A stretch of DNA of 60,591 nt, counting the filler, from Dugesia japonica (Eukaryota): assembly GCA_001938525.1 (NCBI GenBank). It is 5 parts of 5 records of this genome, joined end to end, with 100 filler letters (N's around TTAATTAATTAA, not from the genome) between each part and the next. Parts side by side here need not be neighbours in the genome. Positions count along the whole stretch, not along the records: positions 13,322 to 26,015 come from MQRL01634762.1; positions 26,116 to 36,669 come from MQRL01538077.1; 3 more parts are not named here. The stretch is one strand, 5' to 3'. This document shows, piece by piece, positions 13,222 to 27,149 of the stretch; position 1 is the stretch's first letter; each line of letters begins with the position of its first letter. The notes below the pieces were generated by a model, which did no database searches, was not told where the DNA came from, and saw only the letters and a list, made by a program, of their open reading frames with translations. A program made the translations under genes and the position numbers.

Positions 13222-13321
13222 NNNNNNNNNNNNNNNNNNNNNNNNNNNNNNNNNNNNNNNNNNNNTTAATTAATTAANNNNNNNNNNNNNNNNNNNNNNN
13301 NNNNNNNNNNNNNNNNNNNNN
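13222..13321. other. Artificial contig linker N44-TTAATTAATTAA-N44
   Basis: Identical 100-nt structure occurs four times; TTAATTAATTAA puts stop codons in all six frames. Confidence 0.9.
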
Positions 13322-13712
13322 CTTACTTAAAAAAAGTTTCAAACAAATGTTTTTTTTAAAATTTTTATTAAAGTTACAAAATTTTTTTCAAAAAACGTTT
13401 TTATTTTATCCGAAATTTTCGATTTTACCTTCTTCAGGAGGTTTTGATCATTTTTTGATGTAAGCCTTAGTTTATTTTTGTAATTTTGAAAATATTTAAT
13501 TGTATTACTCAGAGATGAATTGTTGAAAATTTTAAAAAAGTGAATAATTGACCAAAATGTAATTTTCACAACAAAATAATAATAATAATATTACAAAAAT
13601 ACTATCAATATTATATAATTAAGAAAGTGTTTTTTTTAAATATTTCAAATTTATTTAAACTTAATTAATTAAATTTACAAATCAATAAAAAATGGTTAAA
13701 ATAATTTTAATA

Positions 13713-14982
13713 TTAGGGTGTCACAAAAGTTCGTGGTCACTACAATATGAAATCATATTTATACAAAACAAATATTTATTANAACATTTATAACATGAAT
13801 AAGTCTTCAAAATATAATCCGTTGTGTTGAATTGTCTTTAACCATCTCCCACTTAGTTATTTGATACCATTCATGTACCAATTTGGGCTTTGATGAAAAA
13901 ATTCAGTAATACCGATTCTCACGTCTTCCACATTCTGAAAACTTTTCCCTTGCAAGTAATGAGCCATGGAACGAAAGAGGTAATAATCTGAAGGTGCAAG
14001 GTCCGGACTATATGCTGTATGTGGTAGTGGTTCAATCCCTTTTACTTTCGTTATCTTATTTTTGGTTTGCCAAGCAACATTTGGATGAACATTGTCCTGC
14101 TGTAACAAAACACGTTTTCTGTTTATTAGAGCTGGGTATTTGGTCGCAAGGATTTCATACATACGTTGCAGCTGCTAAACATAAAACTGGGATGTTATTG
14201 CAAGTCCATTTGGAACCAACTCAAGGTGTATGGGGCCCTCGTAATTCCACCAAACACACAAAAAAACCTTAGCAACTGGTATAGGAAGCTCATCAGGGCT
14301 TAACCACTGATTTGGCAAGTCTGGATTCCGGAAGTACACACATTTCTTATCGCAAGTAACTATGGTTTTCATAAATCGTTCATCATTTGTGTAGAGAAGA
14401 AGTTGTTCAAATATTTTCACACGTTTTTCCGCTTGTTCGGGAGTCAGATCATGGGGTACAATTTTGAATCTCCTATTTCTCTTGCCATGAGACAACAGTT
14501 TGCGGTGAACTGAAGATTTCGGAATTTGAAGTTCATCTGAAAACCTCCGGACACTGGTACAGGGATTTTGCTCCACAGAATGCATAATTGTTGTGAAATC
14601 AACTGTTGAGAGTCTTCCAGAACGTTGCTCATTATTAAGATCTGCATTACCAGAATTTAAATTTTTAAACCATTTGATAGCTGCGCTTTTACTCACGAAT
14701 TTGGCTCCTTCAACTTCACATATTTCAACTGCGGCAGCTCTGGCACTGAATACTTTTTTCCAATAATGGAGTAATAGTATGCGAATAGGAGATTTTTGAT
14801 AAATTTTCATATTATTCTGGAATACTAACAAAAAAATATTAGATCAATATTTTTTATTTATATTACTTTTTATGTCCTTTAAAAATAAAACTAAATAAGT
14901 TTAATTTATTAAACTATTTAAGCAATTTAACTATAAATATTATACTTTCAAAAAATGACCACAAACTTTTGGGACACCCTAA
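13713..14982 (-). mobile_element. Near full-length mariner element (D,D34D transposase, frameshifted)
   Basis: TIRs TTAGGGTGTCACAAAAGTTCGTGGTCA / TGACCACAAACTTTTGGGACACCCTAA, ~1.27 kb. ORFs 14175-14831 (VPHDL, IVTCDKK, VFLCVWW) and 13857-14162 (LQQDNVHP, YSPDLAPSDY). Confidence 0.92.
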
Positions 14983-16429
14983 TTANTCTATTTTTAAAAT
15001 CAATTTAAAACTTAAAAAATTATTTTTTTAACCATTCATCTGTCAATAAATATATACGCTTATAATAAAAAAATTTTTTTTTCAATATTTTGGCATAGCC
15101 TTCTTCAGGAACTATAGAAACAATAGTTAAATAAAAGCTAAATAAGCAAAAAATGTAATTAAAATTTTTTATTTTACTGATGAGAAATGAAGACCAATTT
15201 TAGTTCATAAAAATTGAATTACAAAACCAGTATTAATTACAAAACCAGTATCTATCATAAAAACTCTAAAAAAATTTTCATGAGGATTGCTGTATTGGTT
15301 AAGATTTTCTAAATATATTTAACAAAAATATCCACGACTATCAATGACAATGTTTTTTCATTTATTGATATTTAAATTATCAAAGTAATATAGTAAAATA
15401 AAATAAAATTTAACGAATTCATCGATTCTATTTAACTTCAAATCAACNNNNNNNNNNNNNNNNNNNNNNNNNNNNNNNNNNNNNNNNNNNNNNNNNNNNN
15501 NNNNNNNNNNNNNNNNNNNNNNNNNAAACGTCATTTTGTAAATTCCATCAATTGATTTAGTAAATTGGGAAACAAATTAAATTAAATTAATATATATTTA
15601 TAGAGTAATTGATAAACAAAATTATTGGTTTCATTTTTTAAATTTTGAAATAAAGTAAAAAAAAGCAAATATTATATTTTTGATAAAAGTCTAGAGTAGA
15701 AAAATATTAAAATAATAATTCGAAGAGTTCTGTGGTTTTAAAATCAGTGCCACCTGAAAACATCATTCAAAAATTGAAGGATTTGTCGAATTGTACAATA
15801 ATTGATAATATATTGTAAAGATATCATATATTCTATGGTAAATAAATATCAACAGAACTGGAAGTCACTTTATAATTTTTCATTTTCAAAATTATTTGAT
15901 TTAACTATATTGAATTGTTGTTTTCATTTTCATTTTGTGGTAGGATTTCTTTGAGACTTACTTATTCAAAAAGAAAACTAAATGAAAGTACAATAGTTTT
16001 AAAACAAACAATATATTTCATATTTATTTTTACTTTAATAACTTATACAACCTGAGTTTATTTTCAGCGTTTTTACCATGCCTAAATCTCAACCGAATCT
16101 ATATTAATTGTATTTTACAGTTAAATTATTTTGAAATTCTTATAAATAATCACAAATCCTACAACTAAGAAACGAAAAATTATTTTTAGCAACAGTAAAT
16201 TTTAGTCAGCTCAAACAGATTTATGATTTAATATTAAATGACAAATATAATATTAATTTAATATAATAATAAATTACCAAGATTCATTATTTTTAAAATC
16301 TAGCAATAGTTTCCTTGGTATTTAAAACACATTAATATTTTTACTGATATATTTTACTAATCTCTCAAGTGCATTTTTAAAAAAAACATTGAGATTTAAT
16401 TTAGATATTATAATAAATAAATGTTGAAA

Positions 16430-16598
16430 TTTGCTAATTGTAAAATCCAATAATTCCTGAACTTGAATTAATTAAAGTAACTACTGAACACAAAGTGCCC
16501 ACCATAGATAAACTATTAACATTTTCAATATATTAATAGAAACTTTAGGAAAGACCATTTATGTTAGGTCAATAACCATGTTTTTTGTCCATATTTTC
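16430..16598 (-). pseudogene. Possible degenerate second exon of the SLC16/MCT gene
   Basis: After an AG acceptor: KYGQKT, then in another frame IENVNSLSMVGTLCSVVTLINSSSGIIGFY, weakly like MCT TM3-TM5. Stops and frameshifts. Confidence 0.25.
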
Positions 16599-17291
16599 TA
16601 TTGAAATAATAGAAGGAAAATTATTCTAACAGTTTCACGACCAGTATTGATTTAAATGAAAAATCTATTAGAATAAACCATAAATTTTATTTTATGAAAT
16701 TATTTTTTTTCATATAAACTAAAATATTGATTATATAAATTTAACACTGTTTACCATTATAAATTTTTTGAAAAAATATATCGATTCTGTTTCAATTAAC
16801 AGCTAATTAAGACAGATTTACCAACAGTTGATCGACATTCTGTAAAATGAAAACATGAAAATCGTGATAGAAACGACAAACTGTTGTTAACACGCTTTTT
16901 ACAATTAATTCATCGTACGAAATCAAATAATAATAATTTGCATCAAAAATACTTAGATTGGCAGTTTAATAATGACCTTATTAAACATAAACAATAGTAA
17001 AGTACTGTAAATCATCAAGTTTTAAACACTAGATTTATACCATACGATTCCTTAACAAACTAACTAATGAAATTTTTAAAATAACTAATGATTAAGNTAA
17101 TAACAGACTTCAAAATTAATATTAAACATTTCTCATTGTATAACATTTGATATGGTAGTGATTAAACATAATTATAAAAATCATGAAATTATTGAACAAG
17201 TATATTATAATTGCATAAAGTCTAATAATTATTCACTTGTTTTATAATTATTGTAATTTATTAAAAAGCAATATATAAGTATTAGATAAAC

Positions 17292-17396
17292 CAGGGGTCT
17301 CGAACTTAAACGGCCGCAGTAATGCTATAATNGATATAAATAATATTTCAATTTATACGACAAAATTATTGAATAGCCTCTTGTTTGCGACCCCTG
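17292..17396. mobile_element. 105-bp hAT-type MITE
   Basis: TIRs CAGGGGTCTCGAAC / GTTTGCGACCCCTG; imperfect 8-bp flanks AGATAAAC/ATATAAAA. Confidence 0.7.
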
Positions 17397-18156
17397 ATAT
17401 AAAAAAATACTGATTTCAATGATTTCCAAATATACAGGTTTTTCAATTTTAAATTTCGCTCTATTAATGAAAATACAATGTCATTTGTTATTTATTCAGA
17501 TAATCTATGACTTCAGACTTAAGAATAAAGGATTTCAGAGCTAGATTAATTGTTAAAATGGATTGATCAAATTATTTCTGAGAGACAGTTAATTGAAAAA
17601 GAAGAATGCTCTACAAAAATTTATGTCAATAAGGAGCGATATGAAGAAGGAAACAATAAACCTGAATTATGAATAAATTATGCTGAAATTTAGAATTTCA
17701 ATCGGCTCACGCAATAATATATTAGAGAACATTAAGTTATATTAAAATTAATTAAAATGAATAACAAATCCGTAAACCTTCACGTTCTTGTATTTTTATT
17801 TTTAATGATTTTATGACATGATCATGCAAGCTTTTCAAACCTTACAAATTAGGAACATTGTAAATCATATGCAAAACAAATCTTAGCTGATTATGTCATA
17901 ATGCTCTTTAAAGTTTAAACTAGCATATTTTAATAATTTGAAACTTAATTGTAATGATCAAACATTAAAAATTTGAAGACCACAAACATAATCATATAAT
18001 CCAATTGTTATAAACAAATATAGTTTTTTAATTACCAGTTAAGAATATTACTTAATATAATTCACTTTTAATAAAAGTAAGACAAAAAACATAATTTCTA
18101 TGGTATTAAATAACCAAATAAAATCCAAGTGACAAATTATGATTACAAACATTTCA

Positions 18157-19335
18157 AGTAGCGAGATAGTAGCGCATCAGAACACCTAGCTCCCCCGCCG
18201 GCAAGCGTTTTGAAAAAAGTGTTCTGAAAATTTGAGCATTTTGATTGGTCGATAAAAATACATGAAAAACTTTTAGATTTTGGTTTGTCGAATTTTTGGT
18301 CGGGGAGTTCAAAAATTTGAATTTTCGGAATTTAATTTTTCTGCGAATTTTTAGGATATGATTTCAGATTAGGTATGTTTTAACTCAGAATTAAATTCTG
18401 TATAAGAATATAATTTTAATGTTTTCAAAACATGTTTGGTTCTCGATACAAGGTTAGTAGCGCATCAGAACACTTGAACTTTGTTTCAAAAATTTCTCAG
18501 TCAATATTGATTGTATGGCTTCGACTTTGATACCATTCGTCTTAGAATTAAAAGTTGAACATATTTCACATAGGGTTTGTTGTACAATTATGCATGGTTC
18601 TCAAAATAATGTATAATTATATAATTAATTATAAATTATAATATAAAAAAATTAATTTTTAAAATATTTTTATACGATTTAACTCAGAATTAAAACATCT
18701 ATAGGAATATAATTTTATCTTTCTCAAAACACGTTCAGTTCTCACTACAAGGATAGTAACGCATCAGAACACTTTGACTTGTTTTATAAGTTTATCAGTT
18801 AAAACTTATCGTATGGCTCTGAAAGTGATAGCATTCGATTTAAAATAAAATTCCAAACATATTTCGTATAGGGTATGTTGAATAATTATACTTACTTTAA
18901 AAGACAGAAAATTACCAGGTACCATGTCCCACATTAGATAAAAAATAATTATTTACTCTAGAAATACTCTAGAAATGATAAGCAAACAAATTTAGTATCG
19001 TTGAACTCGGAATAAAAAACTGAACATATTTAATATAGGGTTTGTAGTTTAAAAATGCTTCGTTCAAGAAATAATATATAATTATATAATTAACTATAAT
19101 TAAAATAATAAAATTTTAAAACTATTTTTAGACCATTAAACTAAGAATTAAAATCTGAACATGTTTCGCATGTTTACTGTAGAAAAATGCGTGGTTCTCG
19201 AAATAATATATAATTAATTATAAATTATAATTAAAATAATAATTTTAAAAATATTTTTAAACCATTAAACTCAGAATTAAAAACTCTATAGGAATATAAT
19301 TTTACTTTTCTTAAAACATGCTCGGTTCTCTCAGA
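18157..19335 (+). mobile_element. Maverick/Polinton-like terminal region with internal subrepeats, homologous to 49572-50340
   Basis: Starts AGTAGCGAGATAG. Internal repeats TAGCGCATCAGAACAC (x3) and AACTCAGAATTAAA. Shares long blocks with 49572-50340 (e.g. CAGGTACCATGTCCCAC at ~18917 and ~50050). Confidence 0.5.
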
Positions 19336-19339
19336 AAGA

Positions 19340-19920
19340 GCTGTGGCTTTAGATGTGGTATTACTATTCACTGTGTGTGTGCTGTGTTATCTAAACTGTA
19401 CTGTGGCTGTGGTATTTCTATATACTATGTTTATGTGTGTGTTATTAAAACTGTACTGTGGCTGTGATGAGAATTTGCTTGTAGGTGACTACAATTTATT
19501 CATGGCTTAATGAAATTAGTGTATAGGTTGTTGGCTTTGATGTCTGTTCAATTGATAAATTAGTAATAAGTCGAATAATTTTGATTCGATTAGGTACTAG
19601 GTGTGGTATTGATTGACTTTACTATATTAAACTGGTTTTAATGTAACACATGGGTTTTACTGTGACCATTAGTTTCACTGTTACACATTAGTTTACTGTA
19701 ACACATAGGCTTTACTGTGACCATCACTTTCACTGCTACACATTGGTTTACTGTATGAAACTGGTTTTATTCTATCACATTGGCTTACTTTACTAATATG
19801 CTTACTCTATCCATTGGTTTCACTGTATCACATTAAGTTTCTGTACTCATTTGCTTAATCTATCCATTAGCTTTGCACATATATAGACACATATAGACTT
19901 TATTGTGTTCATTGGTTAAT
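19340..19920 (+). repeat. Degenerate ~19-20 bp minisatellite (TTTACTGT..CACATTRG)
   Basis: Direct reading of repeated units, e.g. 19655-19760. Confidence 0.6.
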
Positions 19921-20859
19921 GGATTAATTTACTGAATTTCCCTTGAAGAAATTTTTATATAACTTAATAACTATGTAATTTGATTAACTGTCTCAAATAA
20001 TGAAATTCAATATAATATTCCAACACTTCATGGAAACTCTGTACCATTTTTCAAGCACTGCTAAGATATTATAGTCATATATCCTTCATCATCACCATCA
20101 GCCTACATTTCTGCGTGAATCTTTGTCTACAACTCGTCTGCCCCTCTGCTTTATTCATTCCTTCTTTCCTATAAAAATAAAAAAACAAACACTTTTAGTA
20201 ATTTGTAGAAAATTTTCCTTCATTTCTACGCTTTTATGACATCTATATGAATATATGAATAAAACCCTAATGTCCTGGGCATACTTTATTTATAATTTTC
20301 AACAATTTGTTTATTGATTTTATTTAGTTTTATAGGGACTAATATAATTATATAAACAAAGAGTTAAGTAATTATACTGAATATTACATAGCTATAATAA
20401 AAATTCAAAATGTTATTATTTTTAAAAAATTTTTCTAATAAAATTTTATGAAATATTTGGCTATATTGAAATTTTAAAATTTTTTCAACTTTTCTAATAT
20501 TTAATAAAATTAAAACCTATATTGAAATTTTTGAAAACTTATAAAAAAAATCGAAATATTATAATTTGTTTTAACCTTTCTAATAGTAAGATTTTTTCAA
20601 AATTAAATCTGTATTGAAATTTAAAAACCTATAATAAAAATTCAAAATTTTCGAAAATTACTGAATTTTTAACTTACCAAACTTTCTTTTATTGCTATTT
20701 TTTGTCGGAATTTTAATAAATTGAGTTTATTCTCACTTTACTTAACATTGCTTAAACTTAAAATAGTATTTTTAACAACAAACTTATAAATACCAAATAA
20801 TTTCCTGAGATATAAAGGCTTTTTGTTCTTTCAGAAACTTTTATTATGTATTTAATTAT

Positions 20860-21330
20860 TATTTTTCATTTTGTCTGATGATGAAATATATTATAATAAA
20901 GTTTTATCTTAAATGGCGTTATTTATTTTATACTACACAAAGTTTATGAAAATCCTGTAAACGGAATTGGATTTAAAAAATTATTTATTGGATTTGAATG
21001 TTGTATACAGATTGGAAAATTGAATCATGTTTATAATCATGGATAGTACAAAGATACATAATTTTTTAGAATTAACAGCATTAACAGAGAATAATATGCA
21101 AATTTGATATCTACCTCAATACAGTCATATGCTAAACCGAATAGAAAATTTTTTCTCAAATTTTAAGAATTATACAATTCTAAAACAGGCATCAATTGAA
21201 GAAAAACTGAGGCTTTTAATTGAAATGGAATTTGGGACTATTACAGAAACATATTTAAGGGGAAGATTCCAAAAAATGTTGCGACACATTGAAAGATCGA
21301 GAAACAATAATGTTATTAATTTTTTTAAAA
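20860..21330 (+). mobile_element. IS630-Tc1 transposase C-terminal remnant
   Basis: IIMDSTKIH ... YLPQYSHMLNRIENFFS (cf. IMDNAxIH / LPPYSPxLNPIE). Confidence 0.65.
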
Positions 21331-22689
21331 TTTCTATTTATGAATATATATATTATTTTCTAATAAATATTTCAAACATACGATAAATTTTTGGAAAGTA
21401 ACGTTAATAACAATTTTTTTTTAAATTTTAAATTGTTCGATAACCACATTAATTATTATTCTTGATTTCTTATCAAGTTAATATTAACCGTTTAAAAATA
21501 TAATTTAGTAAGTTTTTACTATGTAAAATTAGTTGCATAAAATTAGCTTTTGTATATTTTAGATTTCATTAAAATAAAGTAATAGCTTCGATCAAAGTAA
21601 ATTGTTGTTTTATAGATATTTGTATGTTTTATATTACTTATCGTTGATATTTTTGGTGTATTAACGTATAAATTATAACTGATTTCTTAAGTCGAGACCA
21701 AAGAGGATTAAACAATAAGACTAAAAATAAAATAGTAGATCTAAGCAATTTGAAATAAATTTTGAATGAATTATAAAAATAAATCAAATTCCCAATAATT
21801 CATTGAAATTGTTCAAATCTCAGTATAAGGAAATAATTATTATTTAATAATTTTAGCCAACGGAAGGTGGTCAAATTCTATTTTAATATATAATCAGTTC
21901 TATTTCAAGTATAATAATCTTACTAAGCATGTGTTCTAATAGTAAAATAAATGATGTTTAAAAATATTAATTGTAATTTGCAAAATGAATTACCAATTGA
22001 AGATTTACCTAACACTCAGAAAATATAAAATATTTGTTTTTGTAAATACCGAGTAAAAATAAATAAATAAAAAATTCATAAAAAATCATTAAAATTATTC
22101 ACTAGATTTGTCAATATATTTTAATAAAACTATTTCTTTAAAAATAAACATTCGTTTAATTTTTTAATGAAAATTTTTCACTAAGATAAAAAATTAACCA
22201 AAAACACCTGAAATTTTAATTTATTAAATCAATTCAATTTTTACACAACAAATAAAATTAAACAAATCTTTATAGCTTTATTTAAATCAATTTTTTACTT
22301 TAAATTCGATAAATTAATTATGAATTATTATCAGAATTAGATAATTAGGCATCCCATTTATTAGAATACAAAACGATTTTATCGATTGATTTTTCAAACT
22401 TAATAATAATAATAATTTAAAAATGAATGAGTTTAAATTTGTTGATGTAAATAAAAATGCGAAATAAATTTTGTGAATTTTTTAAAATCCTATATTGTGC
22501 AGATCAACAAGAAATCTATTCAACAGGTTTGTACGATATCATATGTTAAGTGCACATTAACTAGAATACCATAATTCATTTGGGAAATATTCATTTTTGC
22601 TAAATGTGATAAAAAAAATTATTACTTTGATCATTGGTTTATTTGAGATTGTATGATAATCAATTAATAATTCAAACAAAATAGCTCAC

Positions 22690-22905
22690 TTGTGATTAGA
22701 TAAATTCCTGAAAGAAGACTACCAGGCAAAATAGTCAAGGAGGTGTGTGACAATACAAAATAGGTTTCTATGTGTTCACAATGTATACCATAAGTAAAAC
22801 AAATTCCATCAACAAATACCATGCAAATCAATGAGCCTATAACAACAATCCAGCCCCAACTATCATCGATTGATGTAATATGCTGTTCTTGTTTTCTGGT
22901 AACTT
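22690..22905 (-). CDS. Monocarboxylate transporter (SLC16/MCT family) exon, TM1-TM2
   Basis: Clean AG...GT exon of 216 nt: VTRKQEQHITSIDDSWGWIVVIGSLICMVFVDGICFTYGIHCEHIETYF...PGSLLSGIYLIT, matching the MCT DGGWGW...DG...G...GSLL signature. Confidence 0.8.
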
Positions 22906-24049
22906 CTACAACAAAATTAATTTATAACATATGAATCAATATTTAATAAAATATGTCAGACATAAATCAATATTAAAAAATTTATTTTCAATATTTAATG
23001 TGATAAAATATTGTGAATGAACTTGCTTCTCAGTTAAATATTTTCACAATTTTAAGTGATGATAAATAAATAAAAAATACAGTTAATAAATTATGAATAT
23101 TACAAGTTCAAAATTCTAGAAATGAAAATCTAAATTCTAATTTGCAATAGATTTTGAAACGACAAAAATATTTCAACTTTTATTATTGTTGTGAAATGTG
23201 AAAGAAATTATATTAAAATTTTTATTAAACTTTAATATACTATAAAATTATTTCATAAATTTAAATTATTATTTTTAATAATTAAATTTGAAATATCTAA
23301 ATAAAAAATACAGTTAGAATTTTTATTGTAAATATAAAATGTAAAATTATTAGAACAATATTTTTTGAACCAAAAAATAACACAAATTACTATTCAGATA
23401 ACCTAATATTATAAGCAATTTAATAAATAAATAAATAATTAACAAAATCTAATTCAATCAAGCCACTAAAAATTTTTTTATAAAGAAAATTGAAAACGAG
23501 CAAGGTTAATATAAATTTATTCTAAAATACATATTTCAGAACATATTTAATGACAATCGATTCTGGATTATAAATATTTTTCTAAGAACAATTAATAAAT
23601 AAATTGATGTGTTATGCATTTACAATTGAACGTACATATGGGCTGGACATAATTGAAATCGCAAACGACAATCAATCAATTTTAGATGATATCATTAAAC
23701 ACTCAGTTACATTAAATGTCAAGATATTCTTTCTTCCTAAATTTTACATCAAACATAAACTTTGGAATTGGATAAAGATATTATCAATTTTATAATTTAA
23801 TAGTGATAAACTTTATATTTAGATTTCTATACAGAATAATTTAATTATTTTTAATTCGATGTTCCAAGCAGAAATACACCGTAATACTTAATAATTTACA
23901 CTGTTCAGTTAAATATAACAGAGTTTCTGCTGGATATGTTTTGTGTCTTATATAAATGTTGATCTTACACCTTTGAATTGATTAATGGTAAAGGATTAAA
24001 GACAAGGAGCCCATTCAACTATTTAGAATTTGTATCATAAAAAATTTAT

Positions 24050-24500
24050 TTGATAGAAATTGAATAATTAATTTACAAGTTGCAGACATCAGATAACAAA
24101 TTACAGAAAGTTTTGAAAATGTTGCTCTTCATTTTTTAAACTCTTTTTTCATGCTTTCAAAAACATTAATAATTGGTTGACCAGGAATGTCATTAAGTTT
24201 GTTGGTGACGTTAATCTTCAGCCCATCCATAGTGTGACGGTTGTTTTTGTATACTATCTATTTAAAATAGCTTAAGAGAAAATAATCAAGTGGAGTAAGA
24301 TCCGGTAATCTGGGAGCCCATATTTATTTTGAAATTACTTTATCACCAAACAATTCTTTAAAAAATGTCAAGGTTATTCGTGATGTATGGGCTTTTGCAG
24401 AATTTTTGTTGGAAGAAACAATGATTTCTTTTAAGCAAAGTTAGAAACTGTTCAATTATTGAATGGTAGCATTCGCTGTTAATAGTGTTGGTTAAAAAAT
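24050..24500 (-). mobile_element. Tc1/mariner (maT/rosa-like) transposase remnant
   Basis: WAPRLPDLTPLDYFLLSYFK...VYKNN (cf. WPPRSPDLTPLDFFLWGYLK). Confidence 0.6.
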
Positions 24501-24519
24501 AGGCTATTTTGAGAATGAA

Positions 24520-25285
24520 TACGGCTAAAGACATGTGTAGTCTAACATTTTCTTGATGAAACACAATACTCTTTCTGTTTGCAAGGTCAAACCGCTTCTT
24601 TGTGATTATTTCCTTTAAACTACTTAGTTGTGAACAGTATTCTTCGAATTAATAGTTTGATTTTGAGACACGCTCATAAAATCCTTCCAAATACATATCA
24701 TTGCCATTCTTTGATGTAAACTGGCTTTGGCTATAGTTAATGGAAAATCTAATGGATTATACCATGATCTCGTACGCTTAAGATTAATCTATTCTATCCC
24801 TTTTTCTTTAAGGGTTACCGTTCACTTATCAAATTGATTTTGTAAAGGCATTTTTTCATATTCACCGGTTGTTTTATGGCGATAACTAACAATAAGCGCC
24901 AATATTTCTTCATTATCGATCTCAAGATGTCGCCGAAACATAGTGAGTGCATCGGTAAGATAAAATTTTTACTAGAAAATTTCAGAACCACTTACGACAC
25001 GTAGAATCATCAATATTTTCACCGTACACAGACCATACTTTTTGTGGATCTCATAAATTTTGTGCCTTTTCCGAAATAATAAAGCATTAAATGCTTAAAA
25101 TATTTTTTCCTATCTTCAATTTTAAATGTTACTAAATTTGAGATGCAATTTTATTGAAATATTTGTTCATTTAAACATTAAAACTTTATTGTGTTAACTT
25201 TTATTATTTTATTAAATATTTTAGTAATTTCCATTAAATAAAATATTTGCACAAAAACTTGACGAACTTGTGCACAGACCTAACA
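24520..25285 (-). mobile_element. Decayed mariner fragment
   Basis: VFHQENVRLH, IWKDF, KPVLH remnants; terminal-like GAACTTGTGCACAGACCTAA at ~25263-25283. Confidence 0.55.
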
Positions 25286-26015
25286 TAATTCTACAATATG
25301 TAAAAAATCAATGGTTTTAGAAGTAATAATAAAAACTTAATGACTTATTAAATTAAGAAAACAATAATGCTGATAATTTTATCATAAATTATGCAAATTT
25401 CTTGTTGATTTAAGTGATTAAAAATTTAAAAGATAGTGAAACAATTTTATTTCGTAAAATTTTCAATAATTAAATTTACAATGAAAATTCCAAATGTTAG
25501 GGAAAATGTTCACAAGCAATGTAATTTCAATAAAAACATTTTCAATTCCATTCATAATTTCATTCAAGAAAGGCAGTTTTGTTAATTTGCATTATTTAAG
25601 CAAATTGCCAAATGTTTTATAATTACAATTATTACGAGAATAATAGTTGGACGCAACTATTGATCGTTTTTCAGAATTTATTAAAATAAAATCTTGGATC
25701 AATTGTTTTTTTTTGTTATTAATAATTCTAATTTTCGCCTTTGTTGATTCCTGACGACGAAAAAGTCGAAAATTAGAATTAATCACAAAAAAATTTTATG
25801 ATCAAAGCTTTTATTTTAATAACATGCCAATTATCAAATTTGTATACATACTACATAAAAAAATTTCAATCGAAAACAAATTTATTTATTGATTAAATTT
25901 TAAATTGAACATTACGTTTCAAATATTTTAAGAAATTAGTAATAAAAGATAAACCGAATAATTTTACTAATTATCAAAATTATACTAAAAAAATTATAAA
26001 AATCAAGAGTTCGAT

Positions 26016-26115
26016 NNNNNNNNNNNNNNNNNNNNNNNNNNNNNNNNNNNNNNNNNNNNTTAATTAATTAANNNNNNNNNNNNNNNNNNNNNNNNNNNNN
26101 NNNNNNNNNNNNNNN
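26016..26115. other. Artificial contig linker
   Basis: N44-TTAATTAATTAA-N44. Confidence 0.9.
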
Positions 26116-26670
26116 TTCAAACAAATTTATAGCTTCTAATCTCTTTGTCTTCTCTATGGTTGCTGTTGTCACTACTTTGGTCTTCTGATCTATTTCATAA
26201 CTACGAACTATCTTCGGTATGTGGCTCCACAAATTCATCACAGTGTACTTACCTCTCATGTATTCATACACCTTTTCAACTCATACATGAAATCTCTTCA
26301 TTTCCACGCCTGTAGTTAATCAAATTTTGAAAATCTTTGATAGCATCTTTCTCTTTCNNNNNNNNNNNNNNNNNNNNNNNNNNNNNNNNNNNNNNNNNNN
26401 NNNNNNNATTCTTCCAACAAATCTTCATCTAACAAACACGATAGTAATCTCTCTTGTTGTTTTATCTGGGTGATGTTTTTACGTTTTCCTTTCTCGGCAT
26501 CTTCATGTAACATTTGACATTGTACATATACTTCACATCTTGATCTAGATAACATATCTGCATTACCATGATGAATTCCTTTTCTATATTCCAAAACCAT
26601 GTCTAAACTACTCAGATTATTAATCCATGTCTGCAATTGTGACGCTATTGGTTTTTTTGTCGTCATCCAA
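26116..26670 (-). mobile_element. Gypsy pol fragment (end of RNase H to start of integrase)
   Basis: MTTKKPIASQLQTWINNLSSLDMVLEYRKGIHHGNADMLSR. This is the segment expected just after RTDHK of the 44012-44410 family. Confidence 0.75.
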
Positions 26671-27149
26671 GCATTCTCATTTAAAGAGCAAATCCGGTGA
26701 ATACTTTGTGAATCTTCGTGAAAAATTTTGCAAACAGTTGATTATTCCAGCAATTTTGAAGATCACTAACAGTAAAGTTTAAGATGCTTTAGAAGCCGCA
26801 TACAAAATTAAACCATATGCAAAATTCTGAAAATATTTTGACCATTGCGTCTAAAAAATAATGATTAATTTGCTAAAATCCTGTTGCATGCTGAGATCTA
26901 CTAGTTTTGCAAAATAAATGCAAGTAGACAGATTGGTCAGCATAAAAATAATTTTTTGATTTAAACTATTAATTTATAAAAGAAATTTTATAAATATCTT
27001 ATTTCATATTTTTAAGCTCATAAAACCTTAAAAATATACTTGAAACTCATTTTCGTAANNNNNNNNNNNNNNNNNNNNNNNNNNNNNNNNNNNNNNNNNN
27101 NNNNNNNNNNNNNNNNNNNNNNNNNNNNNNNNNNNNNNNNNNNNNNAAA

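Noticed and set aside
22690-22905. MCT gene nested in a dynein intron
   Set aside because: An artificial linker at 13222-13321 separates the two contigs.
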